From: Natronococcus sp.
GTDB lineage: Archaea; Halobacteriota; Halobacteria; Halobacteriales; Natrialbaceae
DNA: 64,000 nucleotides
NCBI RefSeq assembly: GCF_047921035.1
Contig: NZ_JBLRWX010000006.1
Span: 2,841-66,840, forward strand
Direction: 5' to 3'
The notes beneath the pieces were generated by a model, which saw only the letters and a list, made by a program, of their open reading frames with translations, did no database searches and was not told where the DNA came from. Below, piece by piece: positions 58,670-64,000 of this stretch. The first letter of the stretch is position 1. Every line of letters starts with the position of its first letter. Both the position numbers and the translations under genes were made by a program.

Positions 58670-60892
58670 TCAGCGGTGGCGGGACCGGGGATCCAGCACT
58701 TCGACCGGATGCACCGCGTCGCGGGAGAGCAGGTCCTCGAGCTGGTCCTCACAGGAGGTGCCGCTCGCGACGACCAGCCGATCGCTCGCCTCGGCGGTCG
58801 TAAACTGGTCGGCCAGCCGGTCGCCGACGTCCATACTCAGCTCGTAGTACTGCTCCTTGTAGCCGAAGGAGCCAGCCATCCCGCAACACTCCACGTCGCT
58901 CTCGAGGACGTCGTACCCGAGGCGTTCGAAGACGACCCGCGTGTACCGGTCCAGGCCGAGGGTCCGTTGCTGGCAGTGGGAGTGATACGCCAGCTTCGGC
59001 CCGCGGTCGCCGGTCTGCAGCCGCGACCCCTCGGCGCCGTTCTCGAGGCAGCCGTAGACGTACTCGAGAACCTCGTAGCTTCCCTCGCGAAGGCGCTCGA
59101 ACGAGCGCTCGGGAAGGAGTTTCTCGTACTCGCTGTGGAACATCGCGAGGTCGCTGGGCTCGACGACGACGATGTCGCGACCTGCGTCCAGGTGCTCCGC
59201 GAGGCCGCCGTACACCCGGCTCGCCTTCTCGTCGGCCGTCTCGATCATCCCCTGGGAGAGCGGCGCGCGGCCGCTGCCGGGAACCGACGGAATGCGGACG
59301 TGGACGTCCAGCGCCTCGAGGACGCGGACGGCGGCCTTCCCGCGTTCGACGTCGATGTAGTTGGTGTAGGTGTCGGGGTAGAGCACCGCTTCGCGCTCGG
59401 CGTCGGCGGCCGAGACTCTCGGGCCGCGGTCCTCGAACCAGTCGACCAGCGTCTGCCGCTGGAACTCGGGGAGGGGCCGACGGCTGTCGACGCCGACTGC
59501 CTTCTCCATGAGCGTGCGCACGGGGCCGAGCGTCGTCGTCCAGTTCGAGAGCGGCGCGGTCGCGGAGCCGAGCTTCGCGAGCGTCTCGTAGTTGCCGAAT
59601 AGCCGCTTCTGGAGGTCGACGCCGCCGGGTTCGGCGTCGGGCGTGAGCCCCTCGACGAGGAAGTCGAACTCCCCGTCGCCCTCGCGGTTGATCCGGTCGC
59701 GGACGACAGTGTTGATCCAGGGAATGTCGATCTCGACGGGGCAGGCTTCGACACACCGGGAGCAGCCGGTGCAGAGGTCGTTGAACTCCGCCGCGGAGTC
59801 CTGGCCGTGGACGCCGGCCTCCCAGCCCGTCGCGATCCCGCCGGAGTAGGTCTCGCCGCCGAAGGCGTGGCCGCCGACCGACTGGAAGTTGGCACAGGTG
59901 TTCGCACAGGCCGAACACCGGATACAGTACAGCGTCTCCCGGAGCTGGTCGTCCTCGCGCATCTCCATGCGCCCGTTGTCGATGAGCACGAGGTGGAACT
60001 CGCGGTCGTCGTCGCGGTCGGCGAACGCGACGCCGGGTTCGTCGAAGTCGACGACGGGGGAGTCGACGGGCGGGGTCAACAGGGAGACGTAGGACGTGAT
60101 GTCCTGGCCCGTCCCGGAGCGACCGATCAGCTCGATAAAGGGCGCCAGATCCTCGACGGAGGGGACGATCTTCTCGACGCCCGCGACCGCGACGTGGGTG
60201 TCGGGAACGACGGCCGTCTTCCGGGCGTTGCCCTCGCTCGTGACGAGCATGATCGAGCCCGAATCGGCCGTGATGAAGTTCGCCCCCGTCATCCCGACGT
60301 CGGCGCCGGCGATCAGTTCGCCCAGCCGCTCGCGGGCGAACATCGTCAGCTCCTGGGCCGTCTCGAGGGGTTCTTCGGGGTCGAACTGCGCGTTGAACAG
60401 CTCCGCGATTTCGGCTTCGGATTTGTGGATCGCCGGCGCGACGATGTGGGAGGGCGCCTCGTCGGCGACCTGCAGGACCCACTCGCCGAGGTCGGTCTCG
60501 ACGACGTCGACGCCGTCTCCCTCGAGGGCCTCGTTGACCTCGAGTTCCTCGCTGGTCATCGACTTGGACTTGACGACGCGGTCGGCCGCCTTCTCGTCGG
60601 CGACCTCGCGAACGTAGCGGTTCGCGTCGGCCGCGTCGTCGGCGAGGTAGACAGTGCCGCCGTTCGCCTCGACGGTCTCCCGGACCTCCTCGATCAGCTC
60701 CGGGAGCCGCTCGATCGCGTCCTCCTTGATCGCGCGAGCCTCCGCTTTCAGCCGTTCGTACTCCTCGAGGTCGGCGACCGACTCGTACCGGCCCTCGTTG
60801 AAGCCGATCGTGTTCTTCTCGACGGCCTCGCCCTCGGTCTCGAGGAGGTGTCGGATCCGGGCCGCCTTCGCCTCGCGGGCGTCGCTGCTCAC
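58670..60892 (-). CDS. Fused LutB-like (LUD + 2x[4Fe-4S]) / LutA-like (CCG-domain) iron-sulfur oxidoreductase
   Basis: 740-aa ORF. N-terminal LUD region, ferredoxin motifs CIRCSACANTC and CTGCSRCVEACP. The C-terminal half has HSHCQQ and CCGMAGSFGYK (CCG motifs). Confidence 0.8.
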   Translation of the reverse strand: MSSDAREAKAARIRHLLETEGEAVEKNTIGFNEGRYESVADLEEYERLKAEARAIKEDAIERLPELIEEVRETVEANGGTVYLADDAADANRYVREVADEKAADRVVKSKSMTSEELEVNEALEGDGVDVVETDLGEWVLQVADEAPSHIVAPAIHKSEAEIAELFNAQFDPEEPLETAQELTMFARERLGELIAGADVGMTGANFITADSGSIMLVTSEGNARKTAVVPDTHVAVAGVEKIVPSVEDLAPFIELIGRSGTGQDITSYVSLLTPPVDSPVVDFDEPGVAFADRDDDREFHLVLIDNGRMEMREDDQLRETLYCIRCSACANTCANFQSVGGHAFGGETYSGGIATGWEAGVHGQDSAAEFNDLCTGCSRCVEACPVEIDIPWINTVVRDRINREGDGEFDFLVEGLTPDAEPGGVDLQKRLFGNYETLAKLGSATAPLSNWTTTLGPVRTLMEKAVGVDSRRPLPEFQRQTLVDWFEDRGPRVSAADAEREAVLYPDTYTNYIDVERGKAAVRVLEALDVHVRIPSVPGSGRAPLSQGMIETADEKASRVYGGLAEHLDAGRDIVVVEPSDLAMFHSEYEKLLPERSFERLREGSYEVLEYVYGCLENGAEGSRLQTGDRGPKLAYHSHCQQRTLGLDRYTRVVFERLGYDVLESDVECCGMAGSFGYKEQYYELSMDVGDRLADQFTTAEASDRLVVASGTSCEDQLEDLLSRDAVHPVEVLDPRSRHR

Positions 60893-61446
60893 GAGCCGTC
60901 ACCCCCCGTCGCGTCGTCGCCCTCGCCGTCCCCGAGCAGGACGACGTGGACCGCCTTCGGCCCGTGGGCACCTTTCACGAGCGCTCCCATGTCGGCGGTC
61001 GCGCTGGGACCGGTCGCGACGATCGCGCTGCCCCCCTCGCGCAGCACGGGCCCGAGGCGTTCGATCGCCGTCGGCATGTCCGCGACGAGGTCGCTCCGCC
61101 GGAGCACGGCGACGTGGTGTTCCGGAAAGAGGCTTACCGGTTCGCTACCCTCGGGCGTCGACGGGAGGACGACGCTGCCGTACGCCGCGATCCCGAGCGA
61201 GGCGGCGGTGACGCCGGTCGTGGCCGACTCGAGGGCGCCGGGCGTCGGCTCGTCGTCGACCCAGTCGGGAAGCGACACCGATTCGAACGGGAGGGGCGTT
61301 CCGACGACGGCGTCGGGATCGGTGACGACGGTTCGGAGGACGTCCTCGAACGCCTCCCCGGTCGGTGCCGTACGAGTGATCGGGACGTCGAGGTCGGCGA
61401 GCGCGGTCTCGAACCGCTCGACGGCGGGAACAGATTCGACGCTCAT
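60889..61446 (-). CDS. LutC-like LUD-domain protein
   Basis: 185-aa ORF with a 4-nt overlap to the downstream lutB-like gene. ...GIAAYGSVVL...VAVLRRSDLVADM...SATADMGALVKGAHGPKAVHVVLL. Confidence 0.75.
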   Translation of the reverse strand: MSVESVPAVERFETALADLDVPITRTAPTGEAFEDVLRTVVTDPDAVVGTPLPFESVSLPDWVDDEPTPGALESATTGVTAASLGIAAYGSVVLPSTPEGSEPVSLFPEHHVAVLRRSDLVADMPTAIERLGPVLREGGSAIVATGPSATADMGALVKGAHGPKAVHVVLLGDGEGDDATGGDGS

Positions 61447-61604
61447 CAGTTGGTTGTTCGGCCGCGACCATTTGGCTGTTCTGTTCAGGAGAGTGACTCG
61501 AACGCTGGAAACGACCGGTGTCGATCCCGTACACTCGTTTGCGAGCGGCGCTTCCGTTCGTCGCCCCCTCCGCCGATCGGATCCCTCGAGCCCGTCCCGT
61601 TACG

Positions 61605-61610
61605 TTTTAC
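61605..61610 (+). promoter_or_regulatory. TATA-like box (TTTTAC) upstream of gatB
   Basis: 26-31 nt upstream of ATG 61636. Confidence 0.35.
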
Positions 61611-61635
61611 CCCCATCGGCCCGAACCGAGGTGCA

Positions 61636-63129
61636 ATGACTGCCCAGACCGTCCAGCAGGGCGACCTCGTCACCGTCATCGGCCTCGAGGTCCACGTCCA
61701 GCTGGAGACCGACACGAAGATCTTCTGTGGCTGCTCGACCGAGCCGACCGACGAACCCAACGAGAACGTTTGCCCGGTCTGTCTCGGCTTGCCCGGGGCG
61801 CTCCCGGTGCTCAACGAGGGCGCGGTCGAGGCCGCGGTCAAGATCGGGAAGGCGATCGACGCCGACATCCCCGAGGAGACGCGGTTCCACCGGAAAAACT
61901 ACTACTACCCCGACCTGCCCAAGAACTTCCAGATCACCCAGTACGACGAGCCGATCTGTCAGGCGGGCGAACTCGAGATCTCCGTCGAGGGCGACCGCCG
62001 TACCGTGGCGATCGAACGGGCCCACCTCGAGGAGGACCCGGGAAGCCTGCAACACGTCGGGGGCGGCGGCGGCATCGACTCCGCGGAGTACACGCTGGTC
62101 GACTACAACCGTGCGGGGACGCCGCTGATGGAGATCGTCACCGCACCCGACTTCCGCAGCCCCGACGAGGTGCGGGCGTTCCTCTCGGAACTCGAGGAGG
62201 TCCTCGAGTACCTGGGCGTCTTCGACGCCGAACGGGACGGCAGCCTGCGGATCGACGCCAACCTCTCGATCATTCCCGAAGACGAGATCGAGAGCGACGA
62301 CGTCGCCGAGATCGGTCCGGATGCCCTCGCCGCGGCCAACCGCACCGAGGTCAAGAACATCTCGAGCCACAAGGGCGCCCAGAAGGCCCTGGCCTACGAG
62401 GAAACCCGCCAGAAGAACGCCATCCAGCGCGGGCGCGCGGTCGAGCAGGAGACCCGCCACTGGGACGAATCGCGGGGGATCACGGTCTCGATGCGCTCGA
62501 AGGAGGAGGAGAAGGATTACCGGTACTTCGAAGAGGCCGACCTCCCGCCGCTGCGGGTCTCGGGCTGGAAGGCGGAGATCGCCATCCCCGAACTGCCGAC
62601 CGCCCGCCGGGAGCGCTTCGAGGCGGAGTACGGCCTGAGCGACGAGGCCGCCTCCAAGCTCACCTCGACCAAGCAGGTCGCGGACTTCTACGAGGACGTC
62701 GCCGGCGAGTACGATCCCGATCTGGCGGCGACGTGGGTCGCGGACAACCTGCTGGGCGAACTCAACTACCGCGACATGGAGATCACGGACATCGAGGGAC
62801 GGCTCGAGGAGGTCACTCGACTCGTCGAACTCGTCGCGGAGGACGAGATCACGGCGAAAAACGCCCGTGAGACCGTCCTCAGGTCGATGCTCGACGACGG
62901 GAAGGCCCCCGACGAGATCGTCGAGGAGGAAGGCCTGGGCAAGACCGGCGAGGACGAGGTCCAGCAGGCGGTCGTCGAGGCCGTCGAGGAGAACCCCGAG
63001 GCCGTCGACGACTACGAGTCCGGTGACGACGGCGCGATCAACTTCCTGGTCGGTCAGGTGATGCAAAAGACCGGCGGCAGCGCGGATCCGGGCGACGTCA
63101 ACCAGCTGCTGCGGGCGGAACTCGAGTAA
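61636..63129 (+). CDS. gatB: Asp-tRNA(Asn)/Glu-tRNA(Gln) amidotransferase subunit B
   Basis: ATG 61636 in ORF 60946-63129. VIGLEVHVQLETDTKIFCGC, NVCPVCLGLPGALPVLN, DYNRAGTPLMEIV, C-terminal GatB/YqeY domain LVGQVMQKTGG. Confidence 0.95.
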   Translation: MTAQTVQQGDLVTVIGLEVHVQLETDTKIFCGCSTEPTDEPNENVCPVCLGLPGALPVLNEGAVEAAVKIGKAIDADIPEETRFHRKNYYYPDLPKNFQITQYDEPICQAGELEISVEGDRRTVAIERAHLEEDPGSLQHVGGGGGIDSAEYTLVDYNRAGTPLMEIVTAPDFRSPDEVRAFLSELEEVLEYLGVFDAERDGSLRIDANLSIIPEDEIESDDVAEIGPDALAAANRTEVKNISSHKGAQKALAYEETRQKNAIQRGRAVEQETRHWDESRGITVSMRSKEEEKDYRYFEEADLPPLRVSGWKAEIAIPELPTARRERFEAEYGLSDEAASKLTSTKQVADFYEDVAGEYDPDLAATWVADNLLGELNYRDMEITDIEGRLEEVTRLVELVAEDEITAKNARETVLRSMLDDGKAPDEIVEEEGLGKTGEDEVQQAVVEAVEENPEAVDDYESGDDGAINFLVGQVMQKTGGSADPGDVNQLLRAELE

Positions 63130-63221
63130 GCGGACCGAGCGCGAAGCGACGAACGGGCCGCGCCCTCGAGGAACGATCACTGCAACAACACTTTTCGTCG
63201 GTCGTCACGAAACGAATCGGT

Positions 63222-63401
63222 ATGCTTCGAGCCGGGATCGACCGACTCCGCGAGTGGCTCGCCGTCGAGGACCCCGACGGACGCATCGGGGGGACGGGCG
63301 ACGCGATCACGTCGCCCCAGCACCGGCGGTCGCCGGACGCCGAGCGGGAACTCGAGCGTCTCGCGACGATCGCCGAGGAGCGCCGAAACGAGGATTCCTG
63401 A
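63222..63401 (+). CDS. Small (59-aa) hypothetical protein; too short for the ORF track (min length in track is 60 aa)
   Basis: Translated by hand: MLRAGIDRLREWLAVEDPDGRIGGTGDAITSPQHRRSPDAERELERLATIAEERRNEDS*. GC3-rich. TATA-like cttttc (63191-63196) lies 26-31 nt upstream. Confidence 0.35.
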   Translation: MLRAGIDRLREWLAVEDPDGRIGGTGDAITSPQHRRSPDAERELERLATIAEERRNEDS

Positions 63402-63454
63402 CTCGCGTTCCGGTACCACTCGAGTTATCACCGATCGACGAGTGACACCCCCGT

Positions 63455-64000
63455 ATGGACAGGATCACGCTGGGCAACGAGGAGTTCGAGGGCCGAAACA
63501 ACGCCTACGTGCTCGCCGACGACGAGACCGACGAACTTGCGCTGGTCGACACCGGGGTCGCGACCGACGATATCCGGACCGATCTCCGGGACGGGCTGGC
63601 CGAACGGGGCTACGAGTTCGCCGACGTCGACGATATCGTACTCACGCACTTCCACGTCGATCACGCCGGACTGGCCGGCGAGATCCAACGCGAGGGCGGC
63701 GCGACGGTGTACGTCCACGAGGCCGACGCCCCCCTGATCGAACAGGACGAGGCGGCCGTCGCCGCCCTCGAGGACCGCCGCGAGGAGCTCCTCGAGGAGT
63801 GGGGACTCCCCGAGGAGCCCCGCGACGAACTGCGCTCGTTTCTCGAGGGTGCGGCCCACATCGAGGGACCGCCCGCGAAACCGACCCCCATCGAGGACGG
63901 GACCGTCCTCGAGGTCGGCGGGCGGACCCTCGAGACGGTCCACGCACCCGGCCACGCGGCGGGACTGTGCTGTTTCGAGATCGAGGAGGGAGCGTCGACC
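63455..64000 (+). CDS. MBL-fold metallo-hydrolase (3' end beyond window)
   Basis: Open frame from ATG 63455 to the window edge, so it is absent from the ORF track. MDRITLGNEEFEGRNNAYVL, THFHVDHAG (HxHxDH), VHAPGHAAG. Confidence 0.8.
   Translation, partial: MDRITLGNEEFEGRNNAYVLADDETDELALVDTGVATDDIRTDLRDGLAERGYEFADVDDIVLTHFHVDHAGLAGEIQREGGATVYVHEADAPLIEQDEAAVAALEDRREELLEEWGLPEEPRDELRSFLEGAAHIEGPPAKPTPIEDGTVLEVGGRTLETVHAPGHAAGLCCFEIEEGAST

Noticed and set aside
1-64000. Very high frequency of the palindrome CTCGAG throughout the window, considered as a restriction-modification or uptake-signal feature.
   Set aside because: It is explained by the preferred codons CTC (Leu) and GAG (Glu) and the abundance of Leu-Glu dipeptides in these acidic proteins. 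It occurs almost exclusively in frame within coding regions.

Overview
High-GC (about 65%) haloarchaeal chromosomal segment (class Halobacteria, judged from Asp/Glu-rich proteins, GC3-rich codons and Tat-lipoprotein signals). It is densely coding, with about 60 genes and one tRNA. Most of it is conserved core genome: two tandem acyl-CoA synthetases; an rps15 / RecJ-like / pcc1 / rps3ae operon; halocyanin; PssA-type CDP-alcohol phosphatidyltransferase; sufCBD; an intein-containing family-B DNA polymerase; mre11-rad50; PAN; a Wzx-like flippase; GMP synthase subunit A; MfnA-type decarboxylase; PEP synthase; MTA phosphorylase; smc-scpA; lutABC-like genes; and gatB. From memory, the gene order panA..mre11-rad50..polB-sufCBD and rps15..pssA matches Haloferax volcanii, but this was not checked. 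I found no rRNA, CRISPR array, transposase or integrase. I also found no convincing new multi-gene system. The items most worth a second look are: (1) a 451-aa LAGLIDADG intein inside the Exo II motif of PolB, carried on visibly AT-richer DNA; (2) a low-GC islet with a wHTH + MazF/PemK-like gene pair between mfnA and ppsA; (3) a relic of a second copper amine oxidase 3' end, which forms an imperfect direct repeat around a small membrane-protein gene next to an intact copper amine oxidase; (4) a streptogrisin-like S1 protease with no signal peptide; (5) tRNA-Ala(GGC) followed by a partial copy of its own 3' end; and (6) several candidate cis-regulatory repeats and unlisted small ORFs. Many starts were refined using a recurring TATA-like box 25-31 nt upstream of the ATG, which suggests leaderless transcripts. 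All family assignments come from reading motifs by eye, not from database searches.
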